Source: Nitrospinota bacterium
Lineage (GTDB): Bacteria > Nitrospinota > Nitrospinia > CAJXCL01
DNA length: 44,072 nt
Direction: 5' to 3'
NCBI GenBank assembly: GCA_036011265.1
Contig: DASCNB010000008.1
Coordinates: 1-44,072 of the forward strand
Position 1 is the stretch's first letter. Each line of letters opens with the position of its first letter. The translations under genes were made by a program, and so were the position numbers. This document shows, piece by piece, positions 9,809 to 20,600 of this stretch. The notes beneath the pieces were generated by a model. It was given only the letters and a program-made list of their open reading frames with translations, was not told the DNA's origin and did not search any database.

Positions 9809-11038
9809 CTATTCCTTAAAAATATTATATACACCAAACTCTTTATAAATGTTATTCATCATTTTGCTTATATCTTTTTTGAAGATAAAAGGGTCCCAGA
9901 AAGGGTCTGTTACCTTAAATATCTCTTTATCGCTTATTAGTCTTTTCTCTTGAATTGATTTTCTCTTTTTCATAATTTCAGAAATATCTTTTGCGATATT
10001 GTCGAGTGCGGCTACATTTGCTAAGTTTCTCTTCGGTACAGGCAAATACTTCTCTTTTGGGTCAAATAAATACAATATCATAGTAAGAAGGACCCAATAT
10101 ATTTTTTCAAATGCCAATTTAATCGTGTTCCTAACTCCTTTATCTTTTGATTTTAAATAAAAAGTATGCCACAAATCTAACAATTGCCTCCTTCCCTTAG
10201 TGAGGTGTTCAAAAGTAATTCCTGTGGTCCTTTGGGTGAGTAATATAATAGAGCATATTAATATCCTCTCCATATTTACATCTTCATAATTTTTTAAAAT
10301 TGTAATTAAGGCATTGCGTTCATATAAAAAAGATTTCTTATAATCATTTATGTCATTGACCGTTGCATGTAAACGATGATAGGCAATAGCTTTAGGAGCA
10401 TATAAAGTTTTGTATCCCATCAATCTAAGCCTCCACCCCAGGTCAACATCCTCAAAAAAAAGAAAATAACTTTCGTCAAATCCATTTATCTCTTCAAAAA
10501 CATTTTTATTTATCAGCATTGACGCGCCGCATGGGAAAAATATAACCTTTTCAGAAGCAAACTTACTATTATCTTCTTTTCCCTGTGCTATTTGACCGGC
10601 AAATCCAATGAGGCTTACCGTGCCACCAACAAAGTCTATTTTTGTTCCATCCCAACTAAGAATTTTAGAGGCGATGCAAACCACCTTATTCTCCGGTTCG
10701 AGAACAGTCACCATCTCCCTTAACCATTCCTTGTCAACTCTCGCATCGTTGTTAAGAAATGCTAGGTATTCTCCTCCTGCCTTAGTTACTCCCAGGTTAT
10801 TGGCCCCGCCAAAGCCAATATTTCTTTTATTTTCCACAAGAATTACCTCCGGGAAATTTTTTTTTACATACTTTACAGAGCCATCGTTAGAGGCATTATC
10901 TACCATGATTACTTCAATCAAAGACTTTGGATAATTAAGATTCTTTAAAGAATCGAAACAATCCTTCAAGTTATGCTTTCCGTTGTAATTGACAATTATA
11001 ATGGAGACAAACGGCTGATTATTCATAATTAAATACAA
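9809..11038 (-). CDS. GT2 family glycosyltransferase with a C-terminal extension
   Basis: VSIIIVNYNGKHNLKDCFDSL, MVDNASNDGS, NIGFGGANNLG and FEDVDLGWR motifs. The track start is TTG; the ATG at 11026 (MNNQPFVSIII) is the more likely start. Confidence 0.85.
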   Translation of the reverse strand: MYLIMNNQPFVSIIIVNYNGKHNLKDCFDSLKNLNYPKSLIEVIMVDNASNDGSVKYVKKNFPEVILVENKRNIGFGGANNLGVTKAGGEYLAFLNNDARVDKEWLREMVTVLEPENKVVCIASKILSWDGTKIDFVGGTVSLIGFAGQIAQGKEDNSKFASEKVIFFPCGASMLINKNVFEEINGFDESYFLFFEDVDLGWRLRLMGYKTLYAPKAIAYHRLHATVNDINDYKKSFLYERNALITILKNYEDVNMERILICSIILLTQRTTGITFEHLTKGRRQLLDLWHTFYLKSKDKGVRNTIKLAFEKIYWVLLTMILYLFDPKEKYLPVPKRNLANVAALDNIAKDISEIMKKRKSIQEKRLISDKEIFKVTDPFWDPFIFKKDISKMMNNIYKEFGVYNIFKE

Positions 11039-11060
11039 TTTTTAAAAGATGTTTGTTGTG

Positions 11061-12305
11061 TTATTCATGGTAAACTTCCCATTGATGGTTGATTTTAATT
11101 AAGCCCTCAACATTTTCGTCACTGTTCTGTTTTATCCTGAATCCGTAAATATTCTCTATAGCGTCTACCACAAAAACTTCATCTTTTCCAAAAATGCCGA
11201 TATGCAAAAAATAATCACCGGCAAGGAGATTGGTTTTCTCATAAGTTATTTTAAAATAACCTTTTTCTCCTTTCTTTAAAGATACAGATGGGTAAACATT
11301 ATCTTCTCTCGTATTTGGTCCATAGACATAAACGCCGTCAGACCTGAGAATTGCTATGCCAAAGACAGGAGAATCTAGATCTTCATGAACATTAAAATTT
11401 ACTTTTATAATAACGTCATCTCCTGTTGAGAACTCTTCTCTCAACTTATTTTGTGAGTCTATTACTTCTATATTTTTTATACTGACAGCTTTACTTTCTC
11501 GAATGCCCTGGTCAACCCTTTTCGAGTATTCCGAACTTTCCTCCAACTTCCTTTCTTTTTCTCTGCTCCTGTTTATATATTTCGATATTATTTCACCCGT
11601 GTCGCCGTATGCTACTACCTTCCCATTATCAATCCAGAGAGTCCTGTTACATATGCGTTTCACCAACCTCAAATCGTGAGATACAAAAAGAATAGTTTTA
11701 CCCTCTTTTTTGAATTCATTAAACTTCTGAAAACATTTTTTCTGAAAAGAGATATCCCCTACCGCTAATATTTCATCTATCAGCAAAATATCGGGAGCCA
11801 AAATCGTTGCGATAGAAAACCCAAGACGCATATACATTCCTGTTGAATAGCTTCTTACGGAACTGTTAATAAATTTCCCTAACCCGGAGAATTCCACTAT
11901 ATGATCATATTTTGCTTTCACAAATTTTGTTTTTAGTCCCAGGATAGAACCGCTTAAAAAAATATTCTCCCTGCCTGTTAAATCCGGGTGAATACCGGCT
12001 CCTAATTCCAAGAGAGATGAAACAACTCCATTTGTTACAAGCGTTCCTTTATCCGGTTGTAGAATTCCAGAAATTACTTTGAGGAGAGTGCTTTTTCCGG
12101 CCCCATTGTCGCCAATAATGCCGAAAGTCTCACCTTTATGAACTTTAAAACTCACATCATTAATAGCGAAAAACTTGCTGTTCTTTAAACCATGTTTGAT
12201 CAGCGCAAATACCGCATCTTTTAAAGTCTTTGTTTTAAGGTGCGGTAAAGTATATTGGAGATAAAGGTTGTCGGCTTGAATAATCATTTTGTCTGCAATG
12301 CTCAT
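11061..12305 (-). CDS. wzt: Polysaccharide ABC exporter ATP-binding protein Wzt with a C-terminal carbohydrate-binding (Wzt_C-like) domain
   Basis: Walker A GDNGAGKST, signature YSTGMYMRL and Walker B ILLIDE. An extra ~150 aa beta-rich C-terminal domain (IKNIEVIDSQNKLREEFSTGDDVIIKVNFNV...GIAILRSDGVYVYGPNT) is present. It lies 6 nt downstream of wzm. Confidence 0.85.
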   Translation of the reverse strand: MSIADKMIIQADNLYLQYTLPHLKTKTLKDAVFALIKHGLKNSKFFAINDVSFKVHKGETFGIIGDNGAGKSTLLKVISGILQPDKGTLVTNGVVSSLLELGAGIHPDLTGRENIFLSGSILGLKTKFVKAKYDHIVEFSGLGKFINSSVRSYSTGMYMRLGFSIATILAPDILLIDEILAVGDISFQKKCFQKFNEFKKEGKTILFVSHDLRLVKRICNRTLWIDNGKVVAYGDTGEIISKYINRSREKERKLEESSEYSKRVDQGIRESKAVSIKNIEVIDSQNKLREEFSTGDDVIIKVNFNVHEDLDSPVFGIAILRSDGVYVYGPNTREDNVYPSVSLKKGEKGYFKITYEKTNLLAGDYFLHIGIFGKDEVFVVDAIENIYGFRIKQNSDENVEGLIKINHQWEVYHE

Positions 12306-12311
12306 ACCGGG

Positions 12312-13088
12312 CTAAACTGTTTTAGGAATGGCCGAATCATACTTTTGAAAAATATAATGACCAATAAACAACATAAAAAAAGAAATTACATATATAAGTA
12401 AAAGTTTGAAGATAGCAGGATTTTCTCCATAAAGAAGGATGCTCCTGTACATGGATATAATCCACACCATAGGGTTAAGGTCATATAAGAGTCTAAATTG
12501 CTCCGGGACCATAGCTACGGGATAAATAATTGGAGTGGAGTAAAACCAAACAGTTATTAAAACCTCTAATATATATTTGAGGTCTCTGAAAAAGACAATC
12601 AAACATGACAAAATTAATGCAAGACCAATGGTAAAGATTACGTGCGCTATAATAACAAGAGGCAGTAACAGTATTGGAAAGGCTGACTTCGTATGAGTTA
12701 ACAGCAGAAAAATTATTAGTAAAACCATTGAAATTAACAGATGAACAAGCGTCGAAAGAACTACTGAAATAGGAAATATCTCTCTCGGGAAGTAGACTTT
12801 ATTTATGAGGCTGAAATTATCCACTATGGAATTGGAGGCATTCGTCAATGCCATTGCAAAAAAAGTCCATGGCAAAAGAGCACATAAAAGAAAAACAGGA
12901 TAGTTTTCGACTTTTATCCTCACCACGTAAGAAAAAACAACCGTGTAAACAATCATCATCAAAATGGGATTTAACAACGACCATGCATAACCTAAAACAG
13001 CGCCCCTGTATCTGACCTTTAATTCTTTTATAATAAGGTTTATCAATAAATCTCTGTATTTGAATGTTTTAATGACTTGAGCTATCAT
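12312..13088 (-). CDS. wzm: ABC-2 type polysaccharide exporter permease Wzm
   Basis: 258 aa with about 6 TM helices. It has an ABC-2 style N-terminus (YRDLLINLIIKELKVRYRGAVLGYAWSLLNP) and is directly coupled to wzt. Confidence 0.85.
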   Translation of the reverse strand: MIAQVIKTFKYRDLLINLIIKELKVRYRGAVLGYAWSLLNPILMMIVYTVVFSYVVRIKVENYPVFLLCALLPWTFFAMALTNASNSIVDNFSLINKVYFPREIFPISVVLSTLVHLLISMVLLIIFLLLTHTKSAFPILLLPLVIIAHVIFTIGLALILSCLIVFFRDLKYILEVLITVWFYSTPIIYPVAMVPEQFRLLYDLNPMVWIISMYRSILLYGENPAIFKLLLIYVISFFMLFIGHYIFQKYDSAIPKTV

Positions 13089-13163
13089 TTTTCTTTTTTA
13101 AGCAAGTTTAATTCATCTAAATTAGTCTAAGTTTAATTTGAAGCGCTTGAAGCAATGAATGAA

Positions 13164-13192
13164 ATAATAGAGTGAAGCTATTTAGTTTGCAA
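13164..13192 (-). promoter_or_regulatory. Candidate promoter for the wzm-wzt-GT2-GT2 operon (-35 TTGCAA, 17-nt spacer, -10 TATTAT on the minus strand)
   Basis: Read from the reverse complement, ending about 75 nt upstream of the wzm ATG, after an 818-nt non-coding gap. Confidence 0.25.
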
Positions 13193-13906
13193 TAGTAAAA
13201 ACCCTAATCTCTATTTGAAATCCTTATTATTTATGCATATATTTTAAAAAGCAATCAGAATATCTTTTTTCTCATTTTGCCATCTCTTACTTTTTTTTAA
13301 AATAATGCTTGTAACAGCTGTGTAAGCTTCTACCTATTGTGCAAGGTAATATAAATAAATACCCGCACAGAAAGCAACAAAATGAAGATGAGGGTTATGC
13401 ACACTCCAATCTTAAAAGACAACGGTGGATTATCTTCTAAGAAATAATCATTAGCATGAAGCCATTTCAGCCATTGTTATTAGCTTTCCTCTGTAATTTA
13501 ATTGTATATTTTCTCGCACTCTTTTTGCTTAGGAGATTACGGAGAACAGTACAATCGTCCCTCTATTGAGCAGTGTGCCCGATTTTGTAATACTTGTAGG
13601 GCTTGCAGTAGAGCTATTATGGTGGGATGCGAAAAAGTGAAAGGGAAGTGATGTTGGAAGGACTTCGTTTGAGATGGATTGATTACTTATAATGACAATA
13701 AGTTTTAGGATTTTCTTGGTTGAAATTACGAAAACGACAGATAGTTTCATCCGTTTTAGTTAGAACATTTTCCAGACTGCTTCCGACATCCATCTTTAAT
13801 GAATCGCATAATGGTTTTCATCAAAATTTTTATAGCCTTTTTGATTGAAATGGCAGCATCTGTCTATATATATAGTTTCACTTTTTTAGAAAAAATATCT
13901 GTCAAG

Positions 13907-16900
13907 TCATAAAAAGCCACTTTTTTTTCCTTTTAAGGTGACATAAGCAAAAACTGTAGACAGCAATATTAATGAAAATATGGTTATATACAAGCCAATC
14001 TTGAAAGATAAAGGATCATACTTGAAAGTAACTTCATGACTTCCTCCTGGGATGTGAACAGCTCTAAATGTATAGTTTGCTCTGTAAATCTTTGTCCTTT
14101 CTCCATCAATAAATACTTTCCAACCAGGAAAATAATTATCAGACAGCACTAAGAACCCTTCTTTTTCTGAGTTTGTTTTAATTCTGACGAGATTAGATTT
14201 ATAAGTAGTAATAGTTGTTTGGGCAGCATGGTCTTCTTTGTTTAAAGGATTAGAAAAATTTACAGGAGGATATTCTTCTAAAATAACTTCTTCTGATAAA
14301 TCAAGCTTTTTATTTTTTATGCTTTCAAGTATTATTAAATCATTCTTTATAACCGTATATTTTTTCGCAATATATGCTCTCTTGAAAACGGTTGAATTCG
14401 CAAATAAAAAAATATTTTTTTCAGAGTTTTCCATGACAAGCTTGTAATTTTCCTGCATTTCTTGCGAATCAGTAATAATGTATTTAACGCCCATTAAATT
14501 TAGCAAAGTAGAATTAACATCATTGATTTCAAGAAAATCCTCCCTCTTAGAATCAAACATATAATTAATAAATTCTTTATACTTTAATATATTTATTGCG
14601 TCATAGTTCCTTATGTCAGATATGTTATATGCGACATTAACATTAGGAGGGGAAAATACTCCTATAGCCGTCGAGCGATAATGACCTGAATTCTCAGACT
14701 TTATTTTGTTTGTCAAGTGATTTTCAGGGTAAAAATTTTTATTCTTTACTGTTGGCACATAAAAAATACTATGAATACCGGTTTCTAGAAATATAAATAG
14801 AGGAATAATAAAGAGAATTAAAGTTTTATACCTATGCTCTTTGCCATTTAGAATAAGCCACCTCACGCAGATAAAAGCCAATAACCATACTAATATGGTT
14901 ATGATTTGTGTTCTGATTATGTTAACTATGTTGTCTTCCCATTCTTGTATATGTAATGGAAACAATTTCCATATTGATGACCCCAAATATATAATCATTA
15001 ATATCATAATGATAAATAATATGGAGATATCTTTGCTTTTAATTTCTTTATCCCAAAATAAATAATCATTAAAAGTTTTACAGCCTATAACCAAAAAAAT
15101 AAAAGCCACAAGAAATAACATTCTCTGATTTGCCGCTAATTTAAAAATTGGCAAACTGTTAAATATATTAGAAAATGGGTATATCCCATATATTACGCCA
15201 CATAAAAACATTACCATTACCCATAAAAAAGTAATCTTTTTGTCTTTAAAAAAGTATTTAATTCCAAGAAAAGCAAAGACAATCATGAAAAGACCTATAT
15301 AGCCACCTCCAGATTCATTATAATTGCTTATAGGATCAGCATAATAAGGCAAAAGCTTTCCAAAAGTTTGGTTACCATAAAAATCCGGGATTATATTAAG
15401 AATGAAGCCAGGATAAAAAACCGCTCCTTCTGCTTTCTCAATGCTGCTTCGAAGCATCAACTTTTCACTCAAAGACAAATATTCCAAAAAAGGGAGTAGT
15501 TGAATCATTGAAAGTAATGTCCCCGCAATATTAGCTCCTATGAATATTGCGGTAATTTTTACTCTATTTATTAGCTCTTTATTGGAACTAAAAAGAAGGT
15601 GTAGAAAATAAAATGATGTAAAAACAAGAATATGTGTCAATGTTTCAGGATGACCTCCAAAAAAAGCAAACGCAAATAATAACGAGTAAACTATAAAATA
15701 CTTAATAATTGATGCAGTCTGCTTTGCTTTAAATGCTCGTTCGATGATTAAAAGACTCGCAGGCAGGAAAAAAATCACATTAGTATGAGCCCAATATAAC
15801 CAAACCATATTAAAGCCGCAAAACATGAACACAATAGACCCAATGATCGAAGTGTACCTATAAAATGATAATTCTCTCAAATATGAATAAGTGAAAATAC
15901 CAATAATAAACAGCTTCAGAAAGTAAAATAGAAATGTTGCAAATTTCATATTAAAAAAATAATAAAAGTAGTTCAGGGGGTATAAAACCGAGCTTTGCAT
16001 ATTAGCCATGTGAGGAATGCCGCCGGAGTTAAGGCTGTTCCATAATGGGAATTCCTTATTCTCTAAAGATCTTGCCAGAATAAATCTCCATGGTTCTGTT
16101 TGTTCTAAGGGGTCACCCCACAATGAGTTAACATCTACTTTATCGAAATTTTCTATCCGAAATAATTTACTGTATTGCAATAAGCCTGAAGCGGAATTTA
16201 TTTCTCCAAACAGAATTGAGCGATGAAAAAACAGTGATAGAAATAACATTAAAACCAAACATGCAAATATGAATTCATTTTTTATCGTTTGACTTTGCTT
16301 CATATGATTTATTGCTGAAATACCGCATTTTGACAAGAAATCAAGTTTTATTCTGGAGGAATGCTTGTAAATGTAAGAAAGATGGATAATTATTATAGGT
16401 AGAATTAGAAGATTATGGATGCTTGATTCCGTTAAAATAATTTTAAAAATGGTAAAACTCGAGAAGAGAGTTACAACAGTTAGTAATGTAAGACCGGCAA
16501 TGATTGAAAAAAAATAGTATTTGAAAATTCTTCTATGAAGGTCGGTAAATATAACAATAAATGGAAACAATATTATGAAAAGAACAACAAAAAATCCAGT
16601 TAATGAGGCAATATCCGTAAAAACCGGCCAGTATATACCATTTATCTTGTGTTCGTACTTTGCATCATCTAATAGAATATATGCTTCAATAAAACCTTTG
16701 CTATAGCCTCGATGATTGAGTAATTTTATTTTCTCAAATGCAATATCAGGATTTGGAGCCGAATGTAAAATGGATATCATATTCCAACCCGGATTTAGAT
16801 TTTTTTTAGGAATAGTAAAGAAGACCGGTATTTTTTTCCAGCTTTTTATTTTAGTCCCTATTTGGTAGGTAATCAGAGGTTTACCATTGATATGTATCTG

Positions 16901-17239
16901 CTCTGAATATGGATTTTCTGAATTATTTCTTACCTTTAGTCTGAGTTCAACATAAAATGTGTTAACATCCTTTATGAATATTCTGAGTTTCGAGGTTTTT
17001 CCCTTTGAAAGTATGCTCTTGGAGCCGGGCAGATTTTTCTTGTCGTCCCACCCTTCAACAAAAACAATATTTTGGTTTTTATTATTGGGGTGAAAGACAA
17101 TTGCTTCTCTTTTGAAATCATCATACCGGATGTTTTTTGCAAGAAAAGCTAATGAACAAATCAGTAAAAAGAAAACCAGAGCGTAAACTGCTGTTTTGAA
17201 GAGGTTATAACTGCTGGTTAAGTCTCTCGAGAGAATCAT
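13907..17239 (-). CDS. Giant YfhO-like GT-C membrane glycosyltransferase with an N-terminal anchored beta-rich ectodomain (copy 1)
   Basis: 1110 aa. An N-terminal TM is followed by a ~170-aa soluble module, then many TM helices containing EFPLWNSLNSGGIPHMANMQSSVLYPLNYF and GGHPET. The C-terminus shows YfhO-type SDNYFPGWKVFIDGERTKIYRANYTFRAVHIPGGSHEVTFKYDP followed by a terminal TM. Confidence 0.7.
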   Translation of the reverse strand: MILSRDLTSSYNLFKTAVYALVFFLLICSLAFLAKNIRYDDFKREAIVFHPNNKNQNIVFVEGWDDKKNLPGSKSILSKGKTSKLRIFIKDVNTFYVELRLKVRNNSENPYSEQIHINGKPLITYQIGTKIKSWKKIPVFFTIPKKNLNPGWNMISILHSAPNPDIAFEKIKLLNHRGYSKGFIEAYILLDDAKYEHKINGIYWPVFTDIASLTGFFVVLFIILFPFIVIFTDLHRRIFKYYFFSIIAGLTLLTVVTLFSSFTIFKIILTESSIHNLLILPIIIIHLSYIYKHSSRIKLDFLSKCGISAINHMKQSQTIKNEFIFACLVLMLFLSLFFHRSILFGEINSASGLLQYSKLFRIENFDKVDVNSLWGDPLEQTEPWRFILARSLENKEFPLWNSLNSGGIPHMANMQSSVLYPLNYFYYFFNMKFATFLFYFLKLFIIGIFTYSYLRELSFYRYTSIIGSIVFMFCGFNMVWLYWAHTNVIFFLPASLLIIERAFKAKQTASIIKYFIVYSLLFAFAFFGGHPETLTHILVFTSFYFLHLLFSSNKELINRVKITAIFIGANIAGTLLSMIQLLPFLEYLSLSEKLMLRSSIEKAEGAVFYPGFILNIIPDFYGNQTFGKLLPYYADPISNYNESGGGYIGLFMIVFAFLGIKYFFKDKKITFLWVMVMFLCGVIYGIYPFSNIFNSLPIFKLAANQRMLFLVAFIFLVIGCKTFNDYLFWDKEIKSKDISILFIIMILMIIYLGSSIWKLFPLHIQEWEDNIVNIIRTQIITILVWLLAFICVRWLILNGKEHRYKTLILFIIPLFIFLETGIHSIFYVPTVKNKNFYPENHLTNKIKSENSGHYRSTAIGVFSPPNVNVAYNISDIRNYDAINILKYKEFINYMFDSKREDFLEINDVNSTLLNLMGVKYIITDSQEMQENYKLVMENSEKNIFLFANSTVFKRAYIAKKYTVIKNDLIILESIKNKKLDLSEEVILEEYPPVNFSNPLNKEDHAAQTTITTYKSNLVRIKTNSEKEGFLVLSDNYFPGWKVFIDGERTKIYRANYTFRAVHIPGGSHEVTFKYDPLSFKIGLYITIFSLILLSTVFAYVTLKGKKSGFL
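13921..14914. repeat. ~1-kb near-identical block shared with 17711..18704 (3' ends of the two YfhO-like genes)
   Basis: Constant offset of 3790 nt with no indels seen. In 13981-14280 versus 17771-18070 I count 14 mismatches in 300 nt. Similarity collapses abruptly beyond ~14914/18704 and ends distally at the poly-A tract (13921-13928). Confidence 0.9.
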
Positions 17240-17352
17240 AATTCGCTGATTATACTGTTTTTTTTATGTAAGTGGAAATGATACAGACCCAAAAAGCCTA
17301 TTCCCAAGCCCTATTAGGATCGCAGAAAAACATTAGAAAAAGGTTCGCCCGT

Positions 17353-17671
17353 TTATTGAACATACCCCAAAGCTTTCAGATTTTCCTTCTCTTCATTGGT
17401 GAGTTTTAGCAGAGTACTGCTTGTCTTAAGTCCTAAAAAGTCTTCTTTTCCAATGCGATGCATTCTAATTTTCATGTCCTCTATTTGTTTTTTTAAAGTC
17501 GGGTTCTCTGAAATAAGGGAGGTTTTGTTTTTGGCTAGCGAAATAGCAGCCCGCTCATCATTAAATAACCCTGATAGACGAATAGTATATTCAATAATAG
17601 TTAGGCTAAAAAGTATTGAAATTATTATAAGAGTGAGAGCTTGAAAGATCCTTTTAAATTTTTTTCTCCAT
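17353..17671 (-). pseudogene. Small single-pass membrane protein gene (~105 aa) whose frame is broken after 4 codons in an A7 tract
   Basis: The ATG at 17669-17671 lies 4 nt after the stop of the upstream YfhO-like gene. As written it reads ATG GAG AAA AAA ATT TAA. With one A fewer it reads MEKKFKRIFQALTLIIISILFSLTIIEYTIRLSGLFNDERAAISLAKNKTSLISENPTLKKQIEDMKIRMHRIGKEDFLGLKTSSTLLKLTNEEKENLKALGYVQ* (stop 17353-17355). Track ORF 17396..17644(+) is its antisense shadow. Confidence 0.5.
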
Positions 17672-17675
17672 TTAA

Positions 17676-20600
17676 TTAGTCCATTTTTTTATAGGAAATA
17701 ATTTTTTCTTCTTTTTTTCCTTTTAAGGTGACATAAGCAAAAACTGCAGAAAGGAGCAATAATGAAAATATGGTGATATACAATCCAATCTTGAAAGATA
17801 AAGGGTCATACTTGAAAGTAACTTCATGACTTCCCCCTGGGATGTGAACAGCTCTAAACGTATAGTTTGCTCTGTAAATCTTTGTCCTTTCTCCATCGAT
17901 AAATGCTTTCCAACCAGGAAAATAATTATCAGACAGCACTAAGAACCCTTGTTTTTCTGAGTTTGTTTTAATTCTAACAAGATTAGATTTATAAGTAGTA
18001 ATAGTTGTTTGGGCAGCATGGTCTTCATTGTTTAAAGGATTGGAAAAATTTGCCGGAGGATATTCTTCTAAAATAACTTCTTTTGATAAATCAAGCTTTT
18101 TATTTTTTATGCTTTCAAGTATTTTTAAATCATTCTTTATAACTGTATATTTTTTCGCAATATGTGCTCTCTTGAAAACTGTTGAATTCGCAAACAAAAA
18201 AATATTTTTTTCAGAGTTTTCCATGACAAGCTTGTAATTTTCCTGCATTTCTTGCGAATCAGTAATAATGTATTTAACGCCCATTAAATTTAGCAAAGTA
18301 GAATTAACATCATTGATTTCATGAAAATTCTTCCTTTTAGAATCAAACATATAATTAATAAATTCTTTATACCTTAATATATTTATAGCGTCATAGTTCC
18401 TTATGTCAGGTATACTATATGCGACATTAACATTAGGAGGGAAATATACTCCTATAGCCGTCGAGCGATAATAATCTGAATTCTCAGACTTTATTTTGTT
18501 TATCAAGTGATTTTCAGGGTAAAAATTTTTATTCTTCACTGTTGGCACATAAAAAATACCATGAATACCGGTTTCTAGAAATATAAACAGGGGAATCATT
18601 ACGAGGATTACATTTTTATACCTATGTTTTTTGCCATTTAGAATAAGCCACCTTACGCAGATAAAAGTCAATAACCATACTAAGACGGTTATGATTTGTG
18701 TTCTAGTAATCTCTAAGTAGTCCCTATCAACCCCATAATCAGGAATTAACAAAAACGATTTCCAGGTTAAAAACCAGCAATACGCAACTATCAGAGCAAT
18801 AAATGCAAAGGCTTTGATTAATTCACTACCCTTTAACTCTTCATTTTTGAAATAATAACCATCAAATGTTTTACAGCCTAAAACAACTAAAATAAAACCT
18901 ATAAGAAACTGCATTCTTATATTTGTAGCTATTTTAAAAAGAGGCAAACCCTCAAATATATTTGAAATCGGGCTTATCCTATAAGCAACGCTACAAAAAA
19001 TAAGAAGCATTATCAACAAAAACCCCATTTTTCTATCTTTAGTAAAATATTTTACTCCGACAAAAGCTAAAACAAGCATAAACAGCCCGATATATCCTCC
19101 TCCCAGTTCATTATAGTTAGTAGGTGACGCATAGTAAGGAACTATATTCCCAAACGTCTGGTTTCCATAAAAATCAGGAATAATGTTAGTAATAAAAGCA
19201 AAAAAAACTGACCCTTTTCCACTCCCCATTTCAACAGATCTAGATAGAAAAACTTCGCTTATCGATAAATATTCTAGAAATGGTAAGAGTTGGACCATTG
19301 AAAGCAATGTTCCCAAAAAATTAAATCCTACAAAAAATGAAAACATTATTATCCTTTTTTTCCACTCAAGGTTTAATGAAAATAGCAGAAATATAAAATA
19401 GGATGTGGTAAAAAAAACTATATGAAATAAAGTCTCAGGATGGCCACCAAAAAGTGCGGCTACAAATAACAATGAATAAACCATGAAAAGCTTAATGATT
19501 GATTCCCAATTATTAGCCTTAAATACCCGTTCAAAAAGAAATAGACTGGCGGGAAGAAAAAAAGTCACAGAAGACACAGGCCAATACAACCAGCAGATAT
19601 TATAACCACAAAATGCAAATGCTATGGCGCCAATCATGGAAGAATATCTGTGAAAATCTAACTCTTTCAAATAAAAATAGGTGAAAATACCTGTCAAAAA
19701 AAGTTTCATAAAATAAAATAGAAACCCTGCGATTTTCATGTTAAAAAAGGAAAAAAAGACATTTAAAGGGTACAACAAAGCACTCTGCATATTAGCAAAG
19801 TGAGGGATCCCGGCAGATTGAAGATGATTCCATAAAGGGAATTCACCATTTTCCAAAGACCTTAAGGAAAAGAGTCGCCAAGGCTCCATTTGACTTAATA
19901 CGTCTGACCATAAAATATTTGTATTCGAATTTTTGAATCCAAAAAGTGGGGAATGTTGCAAGATTCCAGCAGCTGAGTTTATTTCTCCAAAAAAAATAGT
20001 GCGATAAAAAAATACTGATATTAATATAGTTAAAGTTGTACCTATGAATACTGACTCTTTTTTTAAAATCTTAATGTGCGCAAAGTAATTAATGGCATAA
20101 TCAACGTGGTCAAAAAGACGCCAAAAATTGTATATGGTGAAATGCCTGCTTATATAAATAACGTGGCAGATGACCACGCTTGATATTAGAAGATTATATA
20201 AAGTTCTCTCAGTAAATATTATTTCATAAGAACTAATCATCGAGAATAAATTTAACGAAGCAAATAAAATTAGCGGGGCAACAACAGAAAGGAGATAATA
20301 TCTGACTATTCTTATGGAGTAATCGGAAAGCGCCATAACAATCGGAAATAGTAATAAAAATAACAAACCGTATAATAAAATTATTGAAATGAGTTTTATT
20401 AAAGAAAACAAATGTGCTTTTTTTACTTCAAGTTTGTATTTAGCACTATCTAAAAGAATATAGGCTTCAAAAAAACCGAGCGAATAACCTCGGTGATTTA
20501 GCAATTCAATTTTTTCTAAAGCAATTTGGGGATTCGAAATGGAGTGAAAAAATGAAAATTCATTCCAACCGGGCCTAAGTTTTTTGGCTGAAACAATAAA

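Noticed and set aside
13089-13330. A JUMPStart/ops (GGCGGTAG) antitermination element in the leaders of the long polysaccharide operons.
   Set aside because: The 8-mer or its complement was not found in the candidate leaders (13089-13330, 26120-26326, 29172-29365). The nearest string (ctaccgct at about 43147-43154) is imperfect and misplaced.
13529-13750. Track ORF of 73 aa on the minus strand in the 818-nt gap.
   Set aside because: It has low-complexity, Ser/Thr/Ile-rich composition, no motif and no RBS, and it overlaps the plus-strand small ORFs. There is no support beyond being open.
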